A stretch of 61,889 nt of DNA, counting the filler, from Globobulimina sp. (Eukaryota), in NCBI GenBank assembly GCA_003354225.1. It is 20 parts of 20 records of this genome, joined end to end, with 100 filler letters (N's around TTAATTAATTAA, not from the genome) between each part and the next. Parts side by side here need not be neighbours in the genome. Positions count along the whole stretch, not along the records: positions 9,306 to 12,306 come from PIVH01004072.1; positions 12,407 to 15,407 come from PIVH01004073.1; positions 15,508 to 18,508 come from PIVH01004074.1; positions 18,609 to 21,609 come from PIVH01004075.1; positions 21,710 to 24,709 come from PIVH01004076.1; 15 more parts are not named here. One strand, 5' to 3'. The translations under genes and the position numbers were made by a program. Of the stretch, positions 11,972-22,039 are shown one piece after another (position 1 is the first letter of the stretch; each line of letters opens with the position of its first letter). The notes under the pieces were generated by a model. That model was not told where the DNA came from. It was given only the letters and a program-made list of their open reading frames with translations, and did no database searches.

Positions 11972-12306
11972 ATGTCGTCGACAAGCTCAGCAAGCTCTCA
12001 GGTTGAGATATGTCATAGACCCGTATCATGGAGATTTTCTCGCTTAGAATTTGGCGAAACGTTACAGTTTTATGATGATTACCACGAAGAGATAATTTTA
12101 ATAAATTCAGAATTTATATACAAATCACACAAACAAAGCAGTAAATTAAATAAATTCAATATAAAAATACCAAATCACTCAGGCATATTAAATGCAAAAT
12201 TCTCTCCACAAAATAAATACATTGGTTTACAAATAAACGCTCACGAATTGGTATGTAATGTGTCGATTAATATTGCATTCAATGCATAACCAATATGCGA
12301 ATTTGC
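11972..12306 (+). CDS. RMC1: Probable regulator of MON1-CCZ1 (RMC1/C18orf8/Mic1) N-terminus, 3'-partial
   Basis: EICHRPV, FYDD and KFSPQNKYIGLQ resemble recalled RMC1 segments ELCERPV, FFDE and KFSLENKILAVQ. Probable donor GTATGT near 12251. Confidence 0.55.
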
Positions 12307-12759
12307 NNNNNNNNNNNNNNNNNNNNNNNNNNNNNNNNNNNNNNNNNNNNTTAATTAATTAANNNNNNNNNNNNNNNNNNNNNNNNNNNNNNNNNNNNNN
12401 NNNNNNATCATTATCCCAAATTCCCAGCAATTTATTATTCATAAACGAGAACAATTTTATATTATTTGCGCATCGCAATTCTCACCAAATCCCAATATTC
12501 ATTGTAATCAAACACCGCGTAATTCTGCCTCCTTCCAAACACGTCGCCTTCGCCGCCAATCAACGCAAACAAAACATGCCGCAAACTGCCAAAAATTAAG
12601 CCTTTTAAAATATGGCGACAACAAATGAATATGTTTTTATCCCAACAAATTATCCAAAACGAGACGCACAATCCGCCCAATCTGCCATTCTCATTCAAAA
12701 CGAATTGAAACTGCTCATTCGCGACAACAACAATCACCAAATAAATCACTCACTGTCAG

Positions 12760-14715
12760 CAAGGCCAAGGACAGGGGCCGGGCGCCAAGCTCCTGAGCAC
12801 CAATGGCAATGGCAATGGTGTAGAGGTAGAGGGCAATACCACCGACGACGATAAAGACAGCAAACCGAACGATTCATTGGTGTCCGCGTTGCTATTTGCT
12901 TCGAAATACCATAGAAACCATTTTGAAACCAAGAAAACCAACAATGTGCTGTCCAAATCGAGCCATATTACACTAACTCGGCGCAGGTTTACCTTATCTG
13001 CCGCTACGCCGACGGACAGCGACCGTGCTGGCATTGAAGTGGCACAGTGGCTAAGTACTAGATATTCCACCTTTGGCAGATACGAAATACCGCCCTCGCC
13101 TAGCAATCCTGGCTCGATTACGAGCAAGAAAATGTTTGGTATGCAGCAGCTCAGTCTATTACACAAGAATTCGTCTGGTCGATTGTCGCAAGATGTGGTG
13201 AAAAAGCGACGAGAGAACCATACCAAAGTAGATATCAATAGATTTTTGAAACTGGTGACTTCGGACCAGATCTTAATGCGATTGAAAGGCATTGGCGATG
13301 ATTGGAATTGGTGCATCTTTGACCTATATGACATTTGCGGCGATTCTACGCTATTAATCACTGCCCATTACATCTTCGATGAGCTGAACTTGTTCGACAA
13401 ATTCAATATAAACCACCGCAAATTTGAGTCGTTTTTCAGTGTAATTCAGCGCGGATATTTGCGCAATCCCTATCACTCCGCGTTGCATGGCGCCGACGTA
13501 TTGATCAACATTTATTTTTGGATCAAATCCAGCCACGAATTCAACACTTACTTATCCGATTTGGACATCATAATCGCGCTGATCTCGGCCGCCTGCCATG
13601 ATTATTTGCATCCGGGTTTGACGCAAAACTTCCAAATTGCCACCAATTCGGACATGGCGCTCAAATACAACGGACGCTCGGTGTTGGAAAACATGCACTG
13701 TTCCGAGACTATTCGCTTGTTATTGCGCTCCGAATATGCGATCTTTAAATCGCTCAAGAAATCGGAGTTCCGCTATGTGCGCGAACTGATCACCGACATG
13801 ATATTGGGAACGGACATGCAAATGCACAGCGACCATGTCAAGAGGTCTGGAGATTTGCTGTCATTGATAGAGTCGCAACAGCTCTGCAACATTGATAAGG
13901 AGAAGCATACTAAGAACGTGCTGGTGATTGGATTGCATGTGGCCGACATCGCCAATCCCTGCAAACCGTGGCTAGACTGCAAGCGGTGGACTTATATGTT
14001 GATGGAGGAGTGGTTCCGCCAAGGCGATAAGGAGAAGGACATGGGCTTAGAGGTCTCGCCGATGATGGACCGCACCAAACCAAATATACCCCGCGGCCAA
14101 GTCGGCTTCATCGACTACATCGTCAAGCCGTTGTTCATGAATTGGAGCAAACTGTTTAGCATCACACAGGTTTGTATACAGCATTTGATGCTGAATAAGG
14201 AGAACTGGACGCTGTTGAATGCCGATCCAAATGCGAATAATGTGCAGTATAACTTGAATAAATTGAGTAATTCGGGGGAACTGAATAAGTCGAAGGAGAT
14301 TAACTTGAAAGAACCGATCCGATATCATGGATATAGTCAGAGTAATGAGGAGGATTCGGGTGGGTCGAATAGTGAGTTTAATGCGGTGATTGTGCGTAAG
14401 GGGAATGATGAGAGGAAGAAGAAGAAGAGAAAAAAGAAAAGGAAGAAGAAAAAGAAAAAAGTAGAGAAGAAGACGAGTAAATTTAGTGCGCTTTCGGTGG
14501 CGTTGCAGAATAATGATAGTAATGACCAACACATGAAAGTCAAAGATGTGGGGGGTAAGAAAGTCAAAGATGTTCCTTTTACGCCTGAACAAGCGGAGGC
14601 GTTGCATGTGACGTATGGCGATGTTATATCTTCTGATAATGATGATGTCGTTGACGAAACTGTCGAGAAAATGGAGAATAATAATAATGATAAAATTGAA
14701 CAGTCAATGGATTGA
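12760..14715 (+). CDS. Class I cyclic nucleotide phosphodiesterase (5' structure uncertain)
   Basis: NPYHSALHGADV, HDYLHPG, SVLENMH, ILGTDM, HVADIAN, EEWFRQGD and GQVGFI. The frame is open upstream of the track start to about 12760. Confidence 0.93.
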   Translation, partial: QGQGQGPGAKLLSTNGNGNGVEVEGNTTDDDKDSKPNDSLVSALLFASKYHRNHFETKKTNNVLSKSSHITLTRRRFTLSAATPTDSDRAGIEVAQWLSTRYSTFGRYEIPPSPSNPGSITSKKMFGMQQLSLLHKNSSGRLSQDVVKKRRENHTKVDINRFLKLVTSDQILMRLKGIGDDWNWCIFDLYDICGDSTLLITAHYIFDELNLFDKFNINHRKFESFFSVIQRGYLRNPYHSALHGADVLINIYFWIKSSHEFNTYLSDLDIIIALISAACHDYLHPGLTQNFQIATNSDMALKYNGRSVLENMHCSETIRLLLRSEYAIFKSLKKSEFRYVRELITDMILGTDMQMHSDHVKRSGDLLSLIESQQLCNIDKEKHTKNVLVIGLHVADIANPCKPWLDCKRWTYMLMEEWFRQGDKEKDMGLEVSPMMDRTKPNIPRGQVGFIDYIVKPLFMNWSKLFSITQVCIQHLMLNKENWTLLNADPNANNVQYNLNKLSNSGELNKSKEINLKEPIRYHGYSQSNEEDSGGSNSEFNAVIVRKGNDERKKKKRKKKRKKKKKKVEKKTSKFSALSVALQNNDSNDQHMKVKDVGGKKVKDVPFTPEQAEALHVTYGDVISSDNDDVVDETVEKMENNNNDKIEQSMD

Positions 14716-15096
14716 TGTGATGTATTGGTTGTTTATTTATTTATTGTATTATTTAGTGTTTTTACATCCTGCTTGTTTTCTGTTGTATACTTTATTCGAC
14801 CCGTTAATGTTTTTTGTGTTGTTGTTATGATATATTTTTGTATTGTATATTTATAAACACATCACTATTTCAAAACATTTTTGCTATTTGATGTGATCTG
14901 TTCTGTTAATGTCAGTAAGATATTTTGATGTGCCCTTCATTTACATATTGATTTCTTAAAGTTTTGAAGATTCAATGACCATTTTCTGATTCATTTGGTA
15001 TTCTTTTATTGTACAATGGGGTTGAGTGGGGGTGGGGGTGTGGGTGCGGTGTGTCTGGCTGGCTGTTGGTTGTGATGGGACATAACATTTTTTTTT

Positions 15097-15149
15097 CCTG
15101 GCGAGCGAAGCGAGCCAGGCACGAGCACGAAGTGCGAGTCTCCTTCGGA
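15097..15149. repeat. GC-rich cluster of GAA-triloop mini-hairpins
   Basis: cctggc..GCGAAGC..gccagg (15097-15119), gcacGAAgtgc (15125-15135) and tccTTCgga (15141-15149, GAA loop on the minus strand). Confidence 0.75.
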
Positions 15150-15616
15150 TCACAAAAACGAGTGAAAAGATGTTTAATAAATTATCATTTATTTCATTCA
15201 TGTTTTTATCGCAGTTTCAAAATATTGATGAAATATGGATAAATCCACAATTTTCTCCGAGAATGAACCATCTGGCGGTGCAATTTGAAATTATTTTTGT
15301 TGCCTCCAAATCCATAATCTTTTACAAAAAATGCATTGGTTTCCAGTTCTTTTCTTGCTTTGTTTAATATCCAATAACATCGACGAAGATGTTCGTGGTG
15401 GATTCCCNNNNNNNNNNNNNNNNNNNNNNNNNNNNNNNNNNNNNNNNNNNNTTAATTAATTAANNNNNNNNNNNNNNNNNNNNNNNNNNNNNNNNNNNNN
15501 NNNNNNNTTTACTTTTTTTACGTTGTTTTATTGATTCCGTTTTAAAACAAATATGGAATTAATGCAACTAAGGACGGTAGTTTGAGTGTTTATGATTTTG
15601 GTACATGACATTCAGT

Positions 15617-16231
15617 TCATTCATCATTGACTGATACATATAACGTACTGTGATCTTCATGCTTTCTCATTTCCTTTTCTGTATACTCAAATACATCAAA
15701 ATCCTGCCAATATTCCAATAAATCATTATCAAATTCCCATTGATTTGGTTCTTCATATTCACACTGTTCATCATATTCAACATATGTAAAATTATATTGG
15801 TCATTTTTTTGTATTTGACGGCATTCATTGATTATAACATTCCATCCAAGTTTATTTTCTTCACATTGTTTTTTCCGATGATGGCAAGTTTCCGTATATA
15901 CACATTTCATATCAAGCAAATATCGTAATCCTTTTTTGTGATCATAATGATGTTCGCATGTTAATGTAGAGATATATCTGTCCCTTGCATTCAATTTGCA
16001 TTCTCCTGCAAATGTTCGACAAGTATAATATTTGCAAATATGATATCCTGTTAATACATGTTTTGATCTCTTTTTCCTTTTCCATAAATCTTGTTGTATA
16101 TCCTCGTTGCTTCTTGATTTGTAACATTCATTTTTTAATATCATCAGTCCTTTCGCCTGGTGAATACATCGATGCTTTAATTCACGACATGACAATGTAA
16201 ATTCATGCGGCTCAAATAAAAATGGTATCAT
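15617..16231 (-). CDS. Hypothetical Cys/His-containing protein
   Basis: 204-aa ATG-initiated ORF, no family recognised. Confidence 0.45.
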   Translation of the reverse strand: MIPFLFEPHEFTLSCRELKHRCIHQAKGLMILKNECYKSRSNEDIQQDLWKRKKRSKHVLTGYHICKYYTCRTFAGECKLNARDRYISTLTCEHHYDHKKGLRYLLDMKCVYTETCHHRKKQCEENKLGWNVIINECRQIQKNDQYNFTYVEYDEQCEYEEPNQWEFDNDLLEYWQDFDVFEYTEKEMRKHEDHSTLYVSVNDE

Positions 16232-16492
16232 TTCTTCTATATCTACTCAAACACGGACGAAACACCAACATTTACTGCAACTTGAATAGAAATATATTAT
16301 TAATTCATACCGTCTACTGTCTGGGTTGCATGTTTGTGCGGTTCTAAATGGCCACATCCGCCAATTACTACTAACCAACAAAACAGAGCAATATGCTGCA
16401 TTACACTAATGATGTGAACATAAAGCTTACTGAAAATCACCCCAAAACATTCTTTTTTATATACACTCTACGCCATCCTTTCGTGTCAAAGC

Positions 16493-18340
16493 ATGAAGCC
16501 GTCTGAACACAAACCATTGAGAACAAGACGCCAAACCAAATCCAAATCGCAAAAATCGTTGCACGGCTTTTACGATGAATTCTCAGTTCTGCCAATGTCA
16601 AACTCCAGCTTTAGCAGAAAAGGATCAAAAAGCACTTATGAGAAATTCCTCAGTTACTTAACCAATAACATCTACATATTTATGCTTGTAATATATAGTA
16701 ACACAATATAACAATAACAACAATTCAACCACAACAGATTCATGTATGTGTTCATTAAATAACTCCCAACAAATCAGCCAATATAAAAACGCAAAAACAA
16801 AATAGTTAAACCTGACGAAGACCAAACATACTGCGACAAATGTCTGCAAAATATGCGTTCTTGCTGCACAAAACAATGCACCTTCAAGTTATTCCCGATA
16901 TTATTATGGTTGCCATCATATCAAATTGGGTGGTTCAAAAAAGATTTAATGTCTGGCGTAACAGTGAGTATATTGTTAGTACCACAGAGTTTGGCCTATG
17001 CGACCTTGGCTGGACTGCCTCCAGAATGGGGGTTGTATGCCTCGGTTATGCCAATATTTTTGTATACATTTTGGAGCACATCGTGTGCTGTGGCCGTTGG
17101 TATGATATACATTCAGGATTTATTCAGACTGTTATTAATGTAGTAAATGTAAACAGGTCCAGTTGCGACCACTGCCATTATGATAGCCTCGGCGGTCGAA
17201 GGCATTCTCAGTAATTTAGGTGATCTATCTCAGTCTGATCCGGGTTATGACGAACTATATCAATCTATAGCCATGACACTATCCTTTGTCTGCGGCATAA
17301 TTTTCATTGTCTTTGGCTTAATACAGGCTGGATTTATTATTGTTTTTCTATCGCGTCCCGTCATGACTGGCTTTATTATGTCTGCGGCGTTCATTATTTT
17401 AGTGAATCAATTTAGGAGCTTGTTTGGGTTGGACATGGTATATTTTTTCCATTCCTGCCGTTGTGATTTGTGGTTGCTCACTCAACTATAAATTGCACTG
17501 CATTCCAGTAACTGACTGCTTTTATTTTGTTTTTCAAATAAACGTTTTCGGATTCTATATCTGAGGATTTTTCTGTTGTGGAAAACATCCAATTATATCT
17601 CTTAGAGTTATAACCATAAAACTAAAATCTTCAGATATGAACAGCCAGAATCTTTGAACACTGTGTTCTGTAAAAACTAACCAATGACACTTTTGACCCA
17701 ACACACACTTTTATACAGCAACGGTATCCATTATTCTACCAAACATTAATCGCAATGTTCGACAACCTACACACAATAAACTGGTACACCACACTGATAT
17801 CCATCATAAGTCTGTTCATCTTATTCCTGCCCAAATGTTGCCTCAAAGGCAAAATCCCCAAATGGCTGCCCGTCCCTTTAATAGACATTGCAATGTGGAT
17901 TTTAATCTCATATTTCGCAAATCTGGAAAATAAAGTTGCCATCATCGGCAATGACATAAAAGCCGGATTCCCCGCACCGAAGCCACCTAACTTTGCGTAT
18001 ATGGGAGATGTGTTCGCCTCGGCCATTGTGGTCACTATCGTGTCGTATATGGGCGCCATTGCTTTAGCAAAAGGGTTCGACCAAAAGCGCACCGAAACGT
18101 ACAAACAAGAATTAAGTCAATACACTGCGTATTGCAGGGACAATGTCGACACCGTCGAATTGAACATATCCAATTGCAACGACAGTAAAAGCTCGAAAAA
18201 CGAGGCCAAAGCAGCGCCAAAAGAATTTTCTATGCAATGTGTGTTTTTTGTTTGCTTTTTGTGAAACGTTTTCGATCATTTTTTGCATTGTACTGTATGT
18301 GCAGCCACCGAGGACGAGGAAAATGAAGAGGAGGGCACTC
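16493..18340 (+). CDS. SulP/SLC26 anion transporter, multi-exon, 3'-truncated
   Basis: FPILLWLPSY..DLMSGVTVSILLVPQSLAYATLAGLPPEWGLYAS, AVG|PVA, FLSRPVMTGF, NQFRSLFG. Several GT-AG introns, including about 17438-17718. Confidence 0.92.
17558..17638. repeat. Inverted-repeat (MITE-like) element inside a SulP intron
   Basis: atatctgaggatttt ... aaaatcttcagatat, 14/15 complementary, in an intron several times longer than the usual 55-75 nt. Confidence 0.5.
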
Positions 18341-18344
18341 CGGG

Positions 18345-18508
18345 TATAAAATGCAAAAAACCGTTAAGTTTTCCGAGCCAGTCTTTCATGTGCATCGGGA
18401 TTCGTCGCAGCGCCTGCCCTTCGGCAAACACCAGATATTGCTCCACCAGATTATTCAAAGCCCGCAACTCATCCTCATTGAGATAGTTCTTGGCTATAGC
18501 CACATCCC
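18345..18508 (-). other. rhuM: Bacterial virulence RhuM-family gene fragment joined to the host contig
   Basis: DVAIAKNYLNEDELRALNNLVEQYLVFAEGQALRRIPMHMKDWLGKLNGFL is the conserved RhuM C-terminal region. It interrupts the SulP gene at the contig end. Confidence 0.85.
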
Positions 18509-18608
18509 NNNNNNNNNNNNNNNNNNNNNNNNNNNNNNNNNNNNNNNNNNNNTTAATTAATTAANNNNNNNNNNNNNNNNNNNNNNNNNNNNNNNNNNNN
18601 NNNNNNNN

Positions 18609-19886
18609 AAATATAATGCCACCGCAACATATCCAAATAAGTGTTAATGTCAATATCCGCAGCGATAACTCAAAGGTTCTAAAAGCTAAACGTTGATAAT
18701 ATCCATAGTTTCTATAATTATTTGCATATAAACTTACATTAAATGAATCATCTGCGACCAATCTGATTATTATTGAATATAATGATGTCATCAATGATAA
18801 AACTACAATGGATATCACATAGACATAATGCTTGTGACTGTTATTATAACTGTTCCGAATTAAAAATACAAAACAAAATATTGAATTTGGGGCAGATTGT
18901 AATATTATTTGCATCCTTCTTAGCCATCGCATTGGAATGGATGGATGATTGCGAGAATGTGAATTGTATGCAGTTAAATATAATTTCAAATCAAATACAA
19001 TCTGTAGAAATACATCCAAATATTGCTGTGTTACATTGTAAATATAAATACTTGATATTATACGGTATAAAATGAATATAAATAATAACGAAACACCCAT
19101 TAATAATAAATCAGAGTTGGAGTCTAAAATAGATGAATATATCCATAGTATTAATACGGAGATTGACGAGGTGCTGTCCAGAATATGAGCAAACAATGAT
19201 AAATATATTGAATACTTTTTATATAATATGGAACACCATATTTTTAGTATATTTGTGTCCAATATGACTTGTTCTACTTTTGCTTGACTTGCTTTCTTTT
19301 CATTATTATTGTTAATATCAATGTTAATATTGTCATTCACAGTTTTTTCAATTCTCATACTTCGTATTTGATTTAATGGGATAATTCGTGCAGATAAACT
19401 ATGTGTTACTGATATGGTTTTCGATGCACTCTCCCGTCGCATTTGCGGATGAAGATATGTCTGGTTATTATATTTATGCTCTTCTTCTTCATCATCTTCA
19501 TCTTCATCTTCATCATCATCCTCGTGTTCAGTGTCTTGTTCAAACGATTGAATTTTGAGCATCTCTTGTTTTGGTTGAGTATCATTATTATCACTTGAAG
19601 GTTGATGTTTTGTAAGTTCTAAGGAAACTTGTAAATTAAGGTTGATATTTTGTGGTTGTATGCATTTTGGTGATACAATATCTCCAGATTCAGCATTTTC
19701 ATTGTTTTTAACATCAGCTGACAATTGTTGCTGTTTATTGTCTCGTTTGCGCTGTGCATATATTTCAAATGACACTTTAAATGATATAATAACGGTGATA
19801 ATAGCATAGAAAACGGCGTAGAATAGGCTGTAATAACTTGCTGCTATTGCAAAGGAAGGGAACGGATTATCGTCAAAGTGCGACAT
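18609..19886 (-). CDS. Multi-pass membrane protein, possibly XK/Xkr-related, 3'-partial
   Basis: Several hydrophobic helices. LQSAPNS resembles the Xkr ESAPQ motif. First plausible ATG is 19886 (MSHFDD). Confidence 0.6.
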
Positions 19887-19933
19887 TTTTTTATGTATTA
19901 TATTAAAACTTTCTGCAACTCTAAAATAAAATA

Positions 19934-21118
19934 ATGGGAGCATTATTATTTGGTTGGGATTTGCTTGTCACGGCTATCACGTTGTGTTTTGCGATATGCA
20001 TTGTGCTGATAGTAGCTCAGTTTACTGCATTTAAATGGTATTCGCAGTCGAAGGGAGGCAACAACATATTCAGTAAGGAAAAGAAAGAACATTTCTGTTT
20101 GTATGGTACCTATATTATGGCTGCAATATGTTCTGTTCAATGTTTATTAAATCATATTTCTTATGGTGTCCCTCCATATTTTTGTATCTATGGAATGATT
20201 ATTTGCGTCATATTTCATGAAGCCGCCAAAACATTTGGCTATTATTTTTTTTTAGAAAGAGCAAAGGCTGCCATATTATTAACAAAATCTGATATTTTGC
20301 CACTTGTTGTGACTAAATATATCTTACCTACGTATATATTATTATATTTTTGCGTTTATTGCGTTTTATGTCCATTGACAGTGCGTGGCAGCGGAGTCTC
20401 CATTGAATCCAAATCAACGCCAACCGCATGTTTATTTGATAGGTATCACAGTTGGATATTTTATGTAAGTGTTGGTGTTGAAGTATTTAATTCGATATTC
20501 TTTGTTTTCCTATTTATTTATCCTTTATATAAACTTAGAATAGTTAAATCTGAGCACGTTGAAGTTATTAAAATTATTAAATATAATATTATTTTTAGTT
20601 CAATCTCATGTATATCATCTGTAGCTTTTTTAGTTTACAGTGCGTTCGCAATAAATGGCCCATTATCACATTCCAAATGGTTATTGCATTATTTTTGGCA
20701 TTTTGTGTTAATGATTAATGAGTTGTGTATATTTATGATGGTGGCTGAAAACAGAAAGTATTTATATTTTAAACTTTTCTCCAAGAATGTAGAGGTAGAT
20801 CCAGACGAAGAAGAAACTAGTAACAGTGTTGAAACGACGAAAATACGTAGTATACGTATTGCAAATAAGAATAATCGTAAACTGGAACTGCAGCTGGAAC
20901 AAAGATCATTGATTGAAATGCATTCTTTAGCGGAAAAACAGAAACAGTCTGTTTTTTGTAGTCAAATATTGTACGGCAAACCTAAAACAAATAGTGAAGC
21001 CACAATAATTGATTCAAGTGATGCAGCAAATATGCCTCTTCCTAATCTGTTTGGACGCAAAAGTCCTACACCAGTAGATACGTCCCGATCTATTCCTTAT
21101 TTATCATCAAGGTTTTGA
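19934..21118 (+). CDS. Seven-transmembrane GPCR-like protein
   Basis: About 7 hydrophobic segments, FFLERA at the DRY-equivalent position, polar C-tail. Confidence 0.65.
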   Translation: MGALLFGWDLLVTAITLCFAICIVLIVAQFTAFKWYSQSKGGNNIFSKEKKEHFCLYGTYIMAAICSVQCLLNHISYGVPPYFCIYGMIICVIFHEAAKTFGYYFFLERAKAAILLTKSDILPLVVTKYILPTYILLYFCVYCVLCPLTVRGSGVSIESKSTPTACLFDRYHSWIFYVSVGVEVFNSIFFVFLFIYPLYKLRIVKSEHVEVIKIIKYNIIFSSISCISSVAFLVYSAFAINGPLSHSKWLLHYFWHFVLMINELCIFMMVAENRKYLYFKLFSKNVEVDPDEEETSNSVETTKIRSIRIANKNNRKLELQLEQRSLIEMHSLAEKQKQSVFCSQILYGKPKTNSEATIIDSSDAANMPLPNLFGRKSPTPVDTSRSIPYLSSRF

Positions 21119-21223
21119 TCAATTTGATGTATACCTTTTTATGCAAACAAATAATATAATATATGTATTTAAAAAGAGTATGTATGTGGGTTGGAACTCT
21201 GTGATTTGTTTACTATTAAAACA

Positions 21224-21315
21224 CAGAGCTACAATTTTTTTTATTAATTCATTGTTTGATTAACTTCTTCAGAGCTACAATTTTAATTTTTATTAATTCA
21301 GAGCTACAATTTTTT
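21224..21315. repeat. Three direct copies of cagagctacaatttt
   Basis: Copies start near 21224, 21270 and 21299; two are followed by ttattaattca. Confidence 0.85.
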
Positions 21316-21464
21316 GGTGTAGTTGTAATTTTAATTTATTGTTCAATTGTCGTAAATTACTTGCAGTACATGTACAGCTATTCTAATGTTTATCGTGTAC
21401 TCGTTACCGCCTGCGAACTTTCCATTATTTTAGCATAAAACATCCGTTCTAAACATATTAAAAC

Positions 21465-21609
21465 ATGGCGACAACACAAGACAAAACTACAACTATAGCC
21501 AACCAAGCACCACCAATTGATTTAAATTCACTGCATACACCACATAAATTAGCCGCATTTGTTGTGAATGTTCCATCTCGAAAGCATGATTACTCCTTTC
21601 TGTTCCACG
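21465..21609 (+). CDS. Hypothetical protein N-terminus, 3'-partial
   Basis: ATG in aaacATGG context, open to the contig end. Confidence 0.35.
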
Positions 21610-21709
21610 NNNNNNNNNNNNNNNNNNNNNNNNNNNNNNNNNNNNNNNNNNNNTTAATTAATTAANNNNNNNNNNNNNNNNNNNNNNNNNNNNNNNNNNN
21701 NNNNNNNNN

Positions 21710-22021
21710 AAGCTCCTTAATAAGCGCCATAATAAGGCATCGAAGAATAACAAATTTGGCAAAAACAAAAACAAGAAATCATTCTATACCAAATCCTTCC
21801 AAAATAAATTGGGTAAATCCAACAAAAACAATAAAAACAAAAACAAAAAACATAAAAAGCATTATAGCGATTTAACGGATAGACAGAAATTCGGAAATAT
21901 CAATAAGAATATTTTAGAATTGGCGCCCTCTTTAAAACCATTACAAATTCTGTTAGATAGCAATGCGCAAAACATTATAAATAATACAATGTCCGAAGAC
22001 GATGAAAAAATGGAAAGCTGA
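21710..22021 (+). CDS. Lys/Asn-rich upstream ORF (ORF1-like) of the PLE, 5'-partial
   Basis: Open from the contig edge (KLLNKRHNKASKNNKFGKNKNKKSFYTKSFQNKLGKSNK...) to TGA at 22019-22021. Same frame as the RT ATG at 22040. Confidence 0.6.
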   Translation, partial: KLLNKRHNKASKNNKFGKNKNKKSFYTKSFQNKLGKSNKNNKNKNKKHKKHYSDLTDRQKFGNINKNILELAPSLKPLQILLDSNAQNIINNTMSEDDEKMES

Positions 22022-22039
22022 CATTCTAATCACTTAAGA

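Noticed and set aside
21224-21315. CRISPR array (also considered for 1224-1308 and 58560-58650)
   Set aside because: Only 2-3 copies, spacers irregular or non-unique, no cas genes, eukaryotic context.
22019-22021. Genome-wide UGA reassignment
   Set aside because: Conserved genes end at TGA, TAA and TAG at the expected positions, and Trp is encoded by TGG.
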